Assembly (NCBI GenBank): GCA_938017505.1
Contig: CALIKV010000010.1
Location: 76,720-140,719, forward strand
Length of the DNA: 64,000 nt
Direction: 5' to 3'
DNA from: an uncultured Sulfolobales archaeon
GTDB lineage: Archaea > Thermoproteota > Thermoprotei_A > Sulfolobales > NBVN01
Below, piece after piece: positions 26,715 to 37,242 of the stretch. How positions within the stretch are numbered: the first letter of the stretch is position 1; every line of letters begins with the position of its first letter. The notes under the pieces were generated by a model, which was not told the origin of the DNA, ran no database searches, and saw nothing but the letters and a program-made list of their open reading frames with translations. The position numbers and the translations under genes were made by a program.

Positions 26715-27986
26715 TTGGACGTGTACGCGATGCTTAGGGAACTAGCGTTTCACCCGGCGGAGGAGATAAGGTGTAGTAAATCGAGGCACCTGGACGGTGT
26801 CAAGATAGGCTTTGGACTGACAGGCTCCGTTGCGATTTACAAGGTAATTGACGTCATGCGTGAGCTGATTAGGAGGGGGGCGGTGATTCATACAGTCATG
26901 TCTAAAGCCGCAACTGAGTTGCTAGGTCCTACGTTGGTTGAGTGGGCGGTTGGGAGTAAGGTGTTCACGGAGTTTAAGGGTGAGGTAGGTCATGTCTCTT
27001 TAAGTAGAGAAGTTGATTCCTTCGTGATAGCTCCAGCTACCGCCGACGTGATAGGTAAGGTTGCCGGCGGCATATGTGATAATCCTGTCTCCCTAACTGC
27101 CGTCAACATTCTTGGTCTTAAAAAACCTGTGGTAGTGGTTCCGGCCATGCACTCAGGTCTCTGGAACTCCCCTCCGGTAGTTGAGTCTCTGAACCGCCTT
27201 GAGGGTTTAGGAGCCACTGTGGTCCCTCCGGACCTCTCTGAGGGTAGGGCTAAGTTCCCGGGGGATGACGATATCCTAGCGGCTGTGGAGGTAGCCACCT
27301 TGAGAGGGAGGGATTTAAGGTCTTTGAGACTATTGGTAACAGCCGGGCCCACTAGGGAGTACCTCGATGAGGTGAGGTACATCACTAACTCAAGCAGTGG
27401 TAAGATGGGTGTAGCCGTAGCTAGGGAGGCGTACTTCCGGGGGGCTGAGGTTACGCTCATCCACGGACCCCTAGCTGTAGAGAGGCCGCACTACGTCAGG
27501 GCGGTTGAAGTAAGGACGACCGAGGAGATGCTTGACGCAGTGATGACGGAGGTCAGAAGCAGGAGATATGACGCCGTAGTTCTGGCGGCGGCCCCAGTGG
27601 ATTTCAAGTTCACACAATTCACTGAGGGGAAGATCAAGTCGGACGTGAATAGACTGAGTGCTGAACTTGAGGTCACACCTAAGATATCGCTTAACCTGAG
27701 GAAGGAGTTCTCAGGCATCGTAGTAGGGTTCGCCGCTGAGGTGGTTAGAGGCAACACTGACAAGCTGATCAAAGCTGCGCAGGACAAGTTAGAGGACAGG
27801 GGATTCGATTTAATTATAGCTAACGACGTCAGCCAGCCTGATGTAGGTTTCGCCTCTGACTATAATGAAGTGGTAATAATCACTAAGGGGGGACGTAGTG
27901 AGGTAATTAAGAAATCGTTGAAAGACGTTATAGCCAGGAGGATTGTAGACCTACTTAAAGAGGAGCTAGCTAATAATGAACGTTAA
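26715..27986 (+). CDS. coaBC: bifunctional phosphopantothenoylcysteine decarboxylase / phosphopantothenate-cysteine ligase
   Basis: 423 aa. The N-terminal flavoprotein domain is GLTGSVAIYK...APATADVIGK. The C-terminal CoaB domain is VTAGPTREYLD..RYITN.SSGKMG. Confidence 0.92.
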   Translation: MDVYAMLRELAFHPAEEIRCSKSRHLDGVKIGFGLTGSVAIYKVIDVMRELIRRGAVIHTVMSKAATELLGPTLVEWAVGSKVFTEFKGEVGHVSLSREVDSFVIAPATADVIGKVAGGICDNPVSLTAVNILGLKKPVVVVPAMHSGLWNSPPVVESLNRLEGLGATVVPPDLSEGRAKFPGDDDILAAVEVATLRGRDLRSLRLLVTAGPTREYLDEVRYITNSSSGKMGVAVAREAYFRGAEVTLIHGPLAVERPHYVRAVEVRTTEEMLDAVMTEVRSRRYDAVVLAAAPVDFKFTQFTEGKIKSDVNRLSAELEVTPKISLNLRKEFSGIVVGFAAEVVRGNTDKLIKAAQDKLEDRGFDLIIANDVSQPDVGFASDYNEVVIITKGGRSEVIKKSLKDVIARRIVDLLKEELANNER

Positions 27987-28854
27987 AGTACCTTTACATA
28001 TCTCGGGCTTCTGGGTCCCCCATATGACCGGTGATCCGCTGACGGCAGGTTCTCTTGGCGCCGGGATCACGTTGAGACCGTGTGTTACGGCTCAAGTTAT
28101 GAAGGGCCGTGAGGATAGGGTTATAGTGAATTCAAGAACCATGACTCACGGTTTAATTGAAACTATTAAGAGAATCACCAGTAGCGACACTGTTAACATC
28201 GAGGTTTCCACGCCAGCCCTCCTGGGTGAGGGGCTGGGCTTCAGCGCAGCCTTATCAATAGTAGCGGCGTCATCGGCGCTTATCAACACCGGCAGAAGCG
28301 CGACGTTGACTAGAGTCGGCGTCATAGCGCATGAGGCTGAGGTGATGATGTTGACCGGGTTGGGCGATGTCGCGGCTGAACTACGCGGCGGCGGTTTAGT
28401 CATCAGGACTAAGCCAGGGGCGCCAGGTGTTGGCGAGGTAGACGTATCGCCTGTCAGGGACTCCGTCAGCGTTGTGGCTTGTCTCATTAGAAGCGACCTG
28501 GCAACGCCGGACATGCTTAGAGTTTATGGCCCCAAGATAAAGGAGGTGGGTAGGGAGATTTTCAGGAGATTCATCGCTGAACCATCCTTCGATAAGTTCC
28601 TTGAGTTATCCCACGAATTCAGTAGGTCAGTCTTCATAACTGACGACGTGGACTCCACGCTTAGATCTGTCTTGAGTAGGTACTTAAAATCCGGGGAAGT
28701 CCTCACGTATTTCATAAAGAAAGGCACTCTAGTGGTGGTTACGTCTGGAAAGCCTAGCACGGCCTTACTGGAGGACGTTGGAAGGACCGGCATCAAGTTG
28801 ATAGGGGTTTTCGAGCCGTCGTTTGAGGGCACAACAATGGTTTTCAGTTCTTAA
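27976..28854 (+). CDS. pantoate kinase (archaeal PoK, GHMP family)
   Basis: GHMP motif LLGEGLGFSAALS. The 292-aa gene sits between coaBC and the PPS gene, as in the archaeal CoA pathway. Confidence 0.75.
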   Translation: MNVKVPLHISGFWVPHMTGDPLTAGSLGAGITLRPCVTAQVMKGREDRVIVNSRTMTHGLIETIKRITSSDTVNIEVSTPALLGEGLGFSAALSIVAASSALINTGRSATLTRVGVIAHEAEVMMLTGLGDVAAELRGGGLVIRTKPGAPGVGEVDVSPVRDSVSVVACLIRSDLATPDMLRVYGPKIKEVGREIFRRFIAEPSFDKFLELSHEFSRSVFITDDVDSTLRSVLSRYLKSGEVLTYFIKKGTLVVVTSGKPSTALLEDVGRTGIKLIGVFEPSFEGTTMVFSS

Positions 28855-28856
28855 GG

Positions 28857-29675
28857 ATGCAAAGCAGTAATGAAACGGTGGGATGGATGGGTGAGGAAGT
28901 GGAGTCTAGCGTGCCGCGTACTCATCCCAGGTACAAGTCTTTACTCGTCAGGGAGAGACTGATTAAGGGATTCGAAGAAGGCTATGTTGCGAGGGCCGGC
29001 TTGATAGCTCATGGTAGGGGGGAGTGCTTCGACTACCTAATAGGTGAGACAACCATTGAACCGGCTGTAAAGGCCATCGAAGCCGCTGCCGCCGCATTAC
29101 TCCTAGCCAGGAACCCGGTAATTTCAGTTAACGGCAACGTAGCTGCTTTAGTGCCTGAGGAGGTGGTGAGGCTGGCCGACGTTGTTAACGCTAAGCTAGA
29201 GGTTAACCTCTTCTACAGAACTGAGGATCGAGCGAGGAGGATAGCCGAGATCCTTACGAGGCACGGGGCCCGGGAGGTACTCGGCGTCGACGACGCCGTG
29301 GCTGAGATACCTGAGCTACTGAGCCAAAGGAGGAAGGTAAGTCGTAGAGGGATATTGATCGCTGACGTGGTTCTGGCACCGCTTGAGGACGGGGATAGGA
29401 CGGAAGCGCTGAGGAGAATGGGTAAGTCTGTTATAACCATTGACCTAAACCCGCTTTCAAGGACCTCCAGGTCAGCAACAATAACGATAGTTGACAATGT
29501 AGTGAGGGCGATGCCTAAGATGGTAGAGTACGCTCGGGAGCTAAGTACTTACTCAAGGGAGGGGCTCACCGACATACTGAATAACTATGACAACAACGAA
29601 ACCTTAGTACAGGCGTTAAAGCACATCATTAAGAGGCTTGACGAGCTCTCTCAATCGAAACTCACGTTATTCTAG
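28857..29675 (+). CDS. 4-phosphopantoate--beta-alanine ligase (phosphopantothenate synthetase, PPS)
   Basis: HPRYKSLLVRERLIKGFEEGYVARAGLIAHGRGECFDYLIGE matches the conserved N-terminal region of archaeal PPS (COG1701 family). Confidence 0.8.
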   Translation: MQSSNETVGWMGEEVESSVPRTHPRYKSLLVRERLIKGFEEGYVARAGLIAHGRGECFDYLIGETTIEPAVKAIEAAAAALLLARNPVISVNGNVAALVPEEVVRLADVVNAKLEVNLFYRTEDRARRIAEILTRHGAREVLGVDDAVAEIPELLSQRRKVSRRGILIADVVLAPLEDGDRTEALRRMGKSVITIDLNPLSRTSRSATITIVDNVVRAMPKMVEYARELSTYSREGLTDILNNYDNNETLVQALKHIIKRLDELSQSKLTLF

Positions 29676-29751
29676 TCCGGTCGGGTTTGAAAACGCCTAG
29701 ACCGGCACATAAAGTAATCTCTGTCTTCACGATACGGTGGTCAGCACTCCC

Positions 29752-30594
29752 TTACCCACTTATCCTCTCCTTAAGCTTCCTAAACTCCTCCTCACTCATA
29801 CTCCAATACTCACTTGGTCCGGGGAAAAGCCCTTTCTTAACGTCGTCGACGTACCTGCTTAACGCCTCCGCTATCTGATCGCTAAGGTTGGCGTACCTCC
29901 TGACGAAGGGGGGAGGCGTTGGATTTATGCCTAGGAGATCATAAATAACTAATATCTGGCCATCGCATTGCACGCCAGCACCTATACATATGGTCGGCAC
30001 GCTCACCTTCTTAGTTATCTCGGCCGCCACTTGCCAGGCCGTGAACTCTATGACTATCGAGAAAGCGCCAGCCTCCTGAAGGGATCTAGCCGCTTCAATC
30101 ATGTTCAGCGCGTCTTCAGCGTTCTTGCCCCTTAGCTTGTAGCCCCCAAGCATTAAGTACCTCTGCGGGTTAAGTCCTATGTGTCCCATCACAGGTATCC
30201 CCGCCTTAGTCAACGCCTCAACGGTTTCAACGACCTCAAGACCCCCCTCGATCTTAACAGCGTCCGCACCCATTTTAATCAATTCACCGGCATTCCTGAT
30301 CGCCTCAGTCTTGCTAACCTCGTAAGTCAGGAACGGCATGTCAGCTACTACTAAGGCCTTGGTCTTCGCGTTCACCACAGCCCTAAGGTGATGCTTCATC
30401 TCGTCGAGCGTGACCGGCAGGGTGGAAGCATAACCCATGATCACCATACCTAAGGAGTCCCCAACAAGCAGGCCGTCAATGCCAACCCTATCAGCTAGGG
30501 TTGCGTCGTAATATGAATATGCGGTGACCATGACGATCTTCTCGCCAGACCTCTTCTTCTTTACGAAATCGTGAGGGTATATTTTATTGCTCAT
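29752..30594 (-). CDS. panB: 3-methyl-2-oxobutanoate hydroxymethyltransferase
   Basis: KIVMVTAYSYYDATLADRVGIDGLLVGDSLGMV...VVADMPF...VKIEGG. This is the canonical PanB pattern. Confidence 0.93.
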   Translation of the reverse strand: MSNKIYPHDFVKKKRSGEKIVMVTAYSYYDATLADRVGIDGLLVGDSLGMVIMGYASTLPVTLDEMKHHLRAVVNAKTKALVVADMPFLTYEVSKTEAIRNAGELIKMGADAVKIEGGLEVVETVEALTKAGIPVMGHIGLNPQRYLMLGGYKLRGKNAEDALNMIEAARSLQEAGAFSIVIEFTAWQVAAEITKKVSVPTICIGAGVQCDGQILVIYDLLGINPTPPPFVRRYANLSDQIAEALSRYVDDVKKGLFPGPSEYWSMSEEEFRKLKERISG

Positions 30595-30660
30595 AACATA
30601 CCCTGTAATTATTAACTTGAGAGGTTAATAATGATGTGGCCGGGCCTTGAATGATACGGC

Positions 30661-31596
30661 TTATAAGCCCGCCCTCATCAGGGACTCCTTAGCCCTAACC
30701 ATCAGCCACAGGACCTCGTTAATCGGAGTCTTCACACCGACGCTCATACCTCTAGCCACAATCTCGCCGTTTATGTAATCGACTTCCGTCCTCCTCCCGC
30801 TTACTAGGTCCTGATACATTGATGAGTAGTTCTCCCCCGTTGTTTCAGCAACCTTTATTAATTCATTCAGGGGGTCTACGTGGAGCACCAGACCGAGTTT
30901 CTCAGCTACTTCACGCACCTCCATCACCACCCCGGTAGCTACTCTGAATAGGTTTTCATCCATTATCACGTGCTTGTTTCTTACACCGTGAAGGGCTGTC
31001 AAAGGGTTTATGGCCGCGTTAACGGATAACTTAACCCACCTATAGGGTTCTATGTCGTCAACCACCTCCACATTGAGCACCTTAAGTAGGGATGAGATAC
31101 TCTTCAGCGACTCTCTAGGAACCCCCTTAGAACCTAGGTAGCTAGTTGAGCCGCCGATCCATGTGAATTCGTAGAGACCGGATCTGTGAACGCCGTGATT
31201 CAGGACCAGAGCAGCAACCCTCTCAGGACCTAAGACCTCGAGGGCCTCCTCGTAGGACCTCAACCCATTCTGGCAGGTTACCAAAACCCCTCCATCACCT
31301 AAGTACGTCCTTACAGCTCTCAAAGCCCTCGAGAAGTCGTACGCCTTAGTAGTCATTATGATCAGGTCGAAGGACCCGATCTTCAACAGGTCGTCGTACG
31401 TTACGAGACGCATTCCACTAGGTCTCTCTACGGAGTCGTTAACCTTACGGAGCCGCAGGCCACTGCTTCTAATCATCGCTAGGCGTTGAGGATCCCTGAG
31501 CAGTACGTATGGCTCCACTCCAACGCTCAACAACGCGTAGGACATTAAGGTCCCTACAGCCCCGCTACCAACAATGAGAACTCTCTCCATACTCAC
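30661..31596 (-). CDS. panE: 2-dehydropantoate 2-reductase
   Basis: N-terminal Rossmann VLIVGSGAVGTL, a KAYD block and the C-terminal ApbA domain (SSMYQDL..GRRTEVDYINGEIV). Confidence 0.85.
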   Translation of the reverse strand: MSMERVLIVGSGAVGTLMSYALLSVGVEPYVLLRDPQRLAMIRSSGLRLRKVNDSVERPSGMRLVTYDDLLKIGSFDLIIMTTKAYDFSRALRAVRTYLGDGGVLVTCQNGLRSYEEALEVLGPERVAALVLNHGVHRSGLYEFTWIGGSTSYLGSKGVPRESLKSISSLLKVLNVEVVDDIEPYRWVKLSVNAAINPLTALHGVRNKHVIMDENLFRVATGVVMEVREVAEKLGLVLHVDPLNELIKVAETTGENYSSMYQDLVSGRRTEVDYINGEIVARGMSVGVKTPINEVLWLMVRAKESLMRAGL

Positions 31597-31780
31597 ACCA
31601 GTAGCACCACTTATCGTTTATCCTAGATATCTTGTTTCCAGGTTTTTTCTTCTTATCGTTCCTCATATGACGCACTGTATCCTTAAAGAGAGTTAACAAA
31701 CCTCGTTTTCAACGGTGTGAAGCCTTGGTGAAGAAACCTGATTTAAGAACTGTCTCCACTCTTATCTCTGGTGTAGGGAG

Positions 31781-32533
31781 TTGCACGTGGCGATCGAAAA
31801 ATCAGCTGTAACCCTGCGAAACGTGGTTAAGAACTTCGGCAGGGTTAGAGCCCTTAACGGCGTTAGTCTTGAGATTGAGCGGGGGATTATTTTCGGTTTA
31901 ATAGGTCCTAACGGGGCTGGCAAAACAACCTTGCTGAGAATCTTAGCTACATTACTTAAGCAGGATGATGGACTTGTAGAAGTTCTGGGGTTTAGACTGC
32001 CCCAGGATAAATATCATGTGAGGAAGCACGTATCATACCTCCCCGAGGACGCTGGCTTATACTCAAGACTGACGGGATGGGAGAACCTGCTGTACTTCGC
32101 GATGCTTTACTACGATAAGGGTTCTAAGGCGCTGGAGGTGGCTGAGCTCGGCGCTAAGATCTCGAACTTGAGTGAGCGAGATCTGAGCAGGAAGACTTCA
32201 GAGTATAGTAAGGGTATGAGCAGGAGAATAGCGATAGCGAGAACGCTGATGATAGGCTCTGAGGTTGTGATACTCGACGAACCTACATCAGGACTTGACG
32301 TCTTCTCCGCGTACTCCGTACGCAGGATTCTCAGGGACTACGTTAAGAACCACGCTGTCACCGTGATCATGTCCTCCCATAACATGATCGAAGTGGAGGA
32401 GATCTGCGACGAAGTAGCTCTCATAAATAGAGGTCTCATAATAGCTCAAGGAGCTCCAAGAGACTTAATAAGCACGTACGGCGGGAGGAATCTAGAGGAC
32501 GTCTTCATAAGTCTCGCTGGTGAGGTTGAGTGA
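31781..32533 (+). CDS. ABC transporter ATP-binding protein (ABC-2 type)
   Basis: Walker A GPNGAGKTT, signature YSKGMSRR, Walker B VVILDEPTSGLD. Confidence 0.9.
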   Translation: MHVAIEKSAVTLRNVVKNFGRVRALNGVSLEIERGIIFGLIGPNGAGKTTLLRILATLLKQDDGLVEVLGFRLPQDKYHVRKHVSYLPEDAGLYSRLTGWENLLYFAMLYYDKGSKALEVAELGAKISNLSERDLSRKTSEYSKGMSRRIAIARTLMIGSEVVILDEPTSGLDVFSAYSVRRILRDYVKNHAVTVIMSSHNMIEVEEICDEVALINRGLIIAQGAPRDLISTYGGRNLEDVFISLAGEVE

Positions 32534-33759
32534 GCGCAATACGTGTGATCGTATGGAAAGAGATTAAGGATATGTTACGTGACGTACGCACCCTAGCTGC
32601 GATTGCACTCCTGCCTTTATTCATGCTTCCTTTAATGAGCGTCACTTCACTTTACGCTCAGGGTCTCCAGCCTGGAGTGGTTGCAATAATTAACTACGAC
32701 TCGTCCACGGGTTTTGTATGGGGGGTTAATATTACGTCAGCGGACTTCATACGTGGGATGAGGGAGGAGTTAGAGAGGAACGGCTTCAGCGTGGTTCATA
32801 ACATAACGCACTACGTTGATGCAATGGTTATAGTGAGGGAGGGTTTCGCATGCAACGTATCATCCTTTACCGAGAGGTCATTCCTCGAGGTGATTAAGAG
32901 CCTCGGGTCTAGTAAGGCGGACGCCGCGGAGAACATTATAGTGAATTACGTTAACAAGTATAACCACATGCTGGCAACGCTTAAGGTACTTGAGTTAGGC
33001 AGTGCTGCCGGAGTTAATGTGTCCGTGGACTCCGTCTTAAACCCTGTTAAGACTCGAGTCAGTGTCGTAGGCGCTGGCGGTGCTCCAGTGAGTTACGAGG
33101 AAGCCCTGAGGGTCTATATCGCGAGGTTCCTGTCGTTCAGCCTGATCTTCGTTACAACCCCCTCAACGGCTTATATAACCGATTCAGTCATAGGTGAGAA
33201 GGAGAGGAAAACTCTAGAGGCTTTGTTGAGCACCCCCATACCGAGGCATGCCTTAATCGTAGGTAAGGTCGTCTCGACTTCGTTGATTGGATTGCTGACA
33301 GGGTTTACAAACGCTCTAGGTCTCCTCCTCTTCGCGTACATACCTTCACTGTTCTACGGGATTAATCTCTTCCATCTCATCCCGGCAAGTGTTATGACAG
33401 CGCATTTCATGGCGATATACCTCTCAGTCTTAAGCTCCCTCGCTTTAGTAACCCCGGTAGTTATTAGATCAGGCAGTTATAGAGCCGCTCAAGCCTTCTC
33501 CATGGTGATAATCAGCATAGCTTCCATAGTTTTCTTCATCTCCCTCTATGTTGACATAGAGCAATTGAGCGACGTCTATAAGGCAACGCTCTACGTGCTC
33601 CCCTACACTCACGCGTCGCTCTTTATAAAGTACACTGCACTTAACATGCCTCAAAACGCTTTACTTCATCTGGCGATATTAATCCTAGTGATATCGTCTC
33701 TAGTATACCTCTCTATAAGGCTGTTTAGTGAGGAGCGGATAATATATGGGAGGACGTAA
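32530..33759 (+). CDS. ABC-2 family transporter permease
   Basis: 4-nt overlap with the ATPase gene. It has one N-terminal TM segment, a large extracytoplasmic loop and a C-terminal multi-TM bundle, typical of ABC-2 permeases. Confidence 0.7.
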   Translation: MSAIRVIVWKEIKDMLRDVRTLAAIALLPLFMLPLMSVTSLYAQGLQPGVVAIINYDSSTGFVWGVNITSADFIRGMREELERNGFSVVHNITHYVDAMVIVREGFACNVSSFTERSFLEVIKSLGSSKADAAENIIVNYVNKYNHMLATLKVLELGSAAGVNVSVDSVLNPVKTRVSVVGAGGAPVSYEEALRVYIARFLSFSLIFVTTPSTAYITDSVIGEKERKTLEALLSTPIPRHALIVGKVVSTSLIGLLTGFTNALGLLLFAYIPSLFYGINLFHLIPASVMTAHFMAIYLSVLSSLALVTPVVIRSGSYRAAQAFSMVIISIASIVFFISLYVDIEQLSDVYKATLYVLPYTHASLFIKYTALNMPQNALLHLAILILVISSLVYLSIRLFSEERIIYGRT

Positions 33760-33836
33760 GGATGGGTTCCTGATGACCTCTCAGAGACTCCCTGAAGCTT
33801 ATATTAAGCATGGCATCTACTCTAATAGGTGGTTAG

Positions 33837-36011
33837 ATGAGACTAAACCTAGGCCTGCTCTCCAGAAATAAAGGGAAGATAATCACCGCAACGTCTCTAG
33901 CGTTCCTAGTTATCTCGGCATGGATCGGGTCCTACTTAAGGCTTTACCCAGTCTTCAACTCTTTGGATATGGGTTATGATCCAATGCTCAACGAGCTTGA
34001 CCCGTACTCGGAGTACTGGACGGCTGAGAAAATCCTTGAGAAGGGATTCGCTTACTACTTCAGCCTGGACAGATCTAATAATGAGACGCACATCTTCTGG
34101 TACCCGTGGGGGAGGGATTTCGTTAAATCAACGTTGCCACTCACCCCAGTGTTCTCGGTCGTCACGTACTACGTCGCGAGGATGTTTAGCCCTGACATGA
34201 GTCTGCAGGAGTGGATGGTCTACGTACCCGTAGTTTTCTTCGTACTCTCCCTCGTAGGGATCTACCTAAGCGCTAGGGAGATGTGGGGCGATCCTCCAGC
34301 GATCGTGGCTGCGCTTGTAGCAGCGCTGATGTTCAACAGCAGGCAATTAGCAGGCTTCACAGTAAAATACGCTGCCGGCCTAGGTTTCATCTTCCTAGCC
34401 ACTTACTTCCACATAAGGACCTGGAAGAGGAGAAGTCTCATAGACGCGTTGCTGGCCGGTGTTTTCCTATCCATAACAGCCTCCGGCTGGGCTGGCTTCA
34501 ACCTGCTCCTAGCCGCCATGTTACTGCAACTAGTCTTCCAGCCGTTGATAACTCAGGTGTCGAGGAACGATTTAATTCTATGGGGTCTTGAGACCCTTCC
34601 CCTGGCGCTGACCATCACCCTTATCCCATTCTACGGCCCTACCTACTTGATCTACAGTGTCGGGATCTTAATACCTATGGGTTTCCTGGTCATCGGTATT
34701 GCGTTATTGCTCGAGCGTGTAGCCTTGTTAAAAACCGTTAAGCTTAAGTACCCCTTGCTGGTTAAGTGGCGCGTCATGTACTTATTGTTAGTGGGGTTGG
34801 TAGGTGTAGGCGGTCTCCTAGGGCTCACAACGGGATTCATCCACGTTAAAGGCAAGGGTCTAGCGGCGATGGGGTTAGGAGGGCTGACGCACGTCTTAGT
34901 AGGCACTGTTCAAGAGTACGCGCCCGCCACCGCGTACAGTTTCGTATGGAACGGCGGGACGCCTCTGATAATCTCCGTGTTTATGATCCTGTACTTCGCT
35001 TACAGGGCCTTTGTCAAGAAAGATCTGACAAACCTCTTCATAGGGGTCTTCCTGATTATCACTGCCTACGCTACTCTTAACGTCTCGTACTTCTTCCCTC
35101 TGCTCAATTACGTGGTAGCTATATCTCAGAGTAGCTTCGTAGCCCTATTTATACCGTATTTAAGTAAGAGGAGGGATCTACTGCTCAGAATACTAAGTAT
35201 AGCGATGCTGGCAATGCACTTATCCCTCACGCTGTTCCAGGGGATGACAATGTGGGTACCTGCCTACAGAGCTCAGGTACCGATGATAATAGCTTCAGGC
35301 CTGGACGTACGGAATGACGTGCCGGCATGGCTTGACGCCCTCAACTGGATTAAGAACGAGACCCCTGAAGACTCAGTCGTCATCTCATGGTGGGATTACG
35401 GATACTGGCTCAGCGTCCTGGGGGAGAGAGCCACCGTGGCTGATGGCGCCACGTTAAATGCCACTCAGATAGAGTTACTGGCTAAAGCACTAACCGGGAC
35501 TGAGGAGGAGGCATTCGAGATCTTCACTAAGCACTTCCATTGCACCCCTGGCAAGACCTATCTGGTAATTTACGACGTAGCCCTCTTCTCAGAGCGACTG
35601 GGCTCCACATATGTGGGTCCTCTGGTCTTCCAAGGCGGGGTTTTCATAGGGGCTGACATGGCTAAGGGGGTCTCAGCGATATACAGGATAGCTGGTAGAA
35701 CAGCCCCCGTAACGACCACCACCATAGACCAATACGCCTACACTATACCTAACTGGGTCGACGCTTCATTGACCAATGCAACCCTCTACAAGATATTCCT
35801 GCACTCGATTCACGAGGTATTCGGCGTTGAGGGGCTTAAGGTTAGGTTTCTCTACGGCGCTCTTCAGTACCCGCAGTACGCGCCCGAGTTGCCGAGACCA
35901 ACGCTGAAGGTCTTCAAGCCAGCGCATATCTCCGTGAGCCAGCTCTACGAAGGAAGCAACGTCTACGTCGTCGTTGCTGTTTACGAGATGGGTGGGCAGG
36001 TAGTTGAATGA
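33837..36011 (+). CDS. aglB: archaeal oligosaccharyltransferase AglB (STT3 family)
   Basis: 724 aa with about 13 N-terminal TM segments and the catalytic-domain motif ISWWDYGYWL (WWDYG). Confidence 0.9.
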   Translation: MRLNLGLLSRNKGKIITATSLAFLVISAWIGSYLRLYPVFNSLDMGYDPMLNELDPYSEYWTAEKILEKGFAYYFSLDRSNNETHIFWYPWGRDFVKSTLPLTPVFSVVTYYVARMFSPDMSLQEWMVYVPVVFFVLSLVGIYLSAREMWGDPPAIVAALVAALMFNSRQLAGFTVKYAAGLGFIFLATYFHIRTWKRRSLIDALLAGVFLSITASGWAGFNLLLAAMLLQLVFQPLITQVSRNDLILWGLETLPLALTITLIPFYGPTYLIYSVGILIPMGFLVIGIALLLERVALLKTVKLKYPLLVKWRVMYLLLVGLVGVGGLLGLTTGFIHVKGKGLAAMGLGGLTHVLVGTVQEYAPATAYSFVWNGGTPLIISVFMILYFAYRAFVKKDLTNLFIGVFLIITAYATLNVSYFFPLLNYVVAISQSSFVALFIPYLSKRRDLLLRILSIAMLAMHLSLTLFQGMTMWVPAYRAQVPMIIASGLDVRNDVPAWLDALNWIKNETPEDSVVISWWDYGYWLSVLGERATVADGATLNATQIELLAKALTGTEEEAFEIFTKHFHCTPGKTYLVIYDVALFSERLGSTYVGPLVFQGGVFIGADMAKGVSAIYRIAGRTAPVTTTTIDQYAYTIPNWVDASLTNATLYKIFLHSIHEVFGVEGLKVRFLYGALQYPQYAPELPRPTLKVFKPAHISVSQLYEGSNVYVVVAVYEMGGQVVE

Positions 36012-37242
36012 GATCTGCGGAGATTTCGTAGTGGTTAACCCGTATGTGTGGTTATCTAACGCGTGTGTCCGCTTCACCGATCGAATTGAGGATATCTACA
36101 CTCTCTCAGGGGGTGGCGTTGCCGAGGGAGGGTTAAGGATAATCACTCACGGGATGGCGTCGACGCATACTCACTTAGGACTCTACCCGGTAAGGAGCAC
36201 TGTGGCAGCGGGGCTGGATCTCGACTCCTGGGTTAAAGGTAGGGCGTGGCGTTGGGAGAGATTCGTTAGGGGGAATCCTGAGGTTAGCTACCTGTCCTCG
36301 CTAATAGCTGCAACGGAGATGCTCTTGTCAGGCGTCACTCTCATAGCTGATATGCATTTCAATGAGGAGCTCGTCTACAGGACACTCAGCGAGATCGGGG
36401 TTAAGGCTGACTTAAGCGTGGCTATAATGGACGGCGGGGTCTTCGATAGCTACGAGGAAGCTCTTGAGGAGAACCTTAGACTGCTTAAGGCCGTTCAAGG
36501 CGCTGACGTCAAAGTCAGGCTTGGGCCCTGCACCCCGAGATTATTAACTCCTGAGCAGTTCAGGGAGATTGTTACGTTAGCTAAACAACTCGATATCGGC
36601 ATTCATACTCATCTAGCCGAGGTTCGTGAGGATATCGAGTGGCTTAAGAGCAGGTATTCCATTTCACTAAAGGAGTTCGTGGACCTAGTCGGTTTGAGGG
36701 ACACGGACTCTATAGTGGCTCATGCAGTGTGGGCTGAAGACGTAATTGATTTACTTTCGTCAAGCAACATCACGGTATCTCATTCACCAAGGTCTAACAT
36801 CTTGCTGGGGGATGGAAGAGCCCCTGTAAGGAGGTACTTAAGGCATGGCGTTAACGTCTCACTGGGCGTCGATGTGGCCCCCACATACGACTTACGGGAT
36901 GAGTTAAAGACGTACGTGTCGTTGCACTACCCTGGCGAGGGGCCTTCAGACACTCTTGAGGCCTTCCGTCTGTCAACTATAAACGCGTATAGGGGGCTTG
37001 GCTTCGGGAGCGGAGAGCTATCCCCGGGCGAGGTCGCGGACTTGGTTGTGTGGTCAGTCACTGATCCACTAGTTGATGACCCCCTAGCTCAAGTAATATG
37101 GGGTTCCTCTAGGGTTGAGGAGGTTTACGTATCCGGGAGGTTAATCCTCAAAGAGGGAAGACCTGTGAGTAGCGTGGATCTCCTGAGGGTCAGGGAGAGG
37201 CTACACGAATACCTCAGAGAATTCTCGAGATCACAGCCCTAA
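36004..37242 (+). CDS. amidohydrolase-family deaminase (MtaD / chlorohydrolase-like), intact
   Basis: THTHLG metal motif, IHTHLAE, AHAVW, VSLGVDV. It overlaps aglB by 8 nt and is a paralog of the pseudogene at 19651-21017. Confidence 0.8.
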   Translation: MNEICGDFVVVNPYVWLSNACVRFTDRIEDIYTLSGGGVAEGGLRIITHGMASTHTHLGLYPVRSTVAAGLDLDSWVKGRAWRWERFVRGNPEVSYLSSLIAATEMLLSGVTLIADMHFNEELVYRTLSEIGVKADLSVAIMDGGVFDSYEEALEENLRLLKAVQGADVKVRLGPCTPRLLTPEQFREIVTLAKQLDIGIHTHLAEVREDIEWLKSRYSISLKEFVDLVGLRDTDSIVAHAVWAEDVIDLLSSSNITVSHSPRSNILLGDGRAPVRRYLRHGVNVSLGVDVAPTYDLRDELKTYVSLHYPGEGPSDTLEAFRLSTINAYRGLGFGSGELSPGEVADLVVWSVTDPLVDDPLAQVIWGSSRVEEVYVSGRLILKEGRPVSSVDLLRVRERLHEYLREFSRSQP

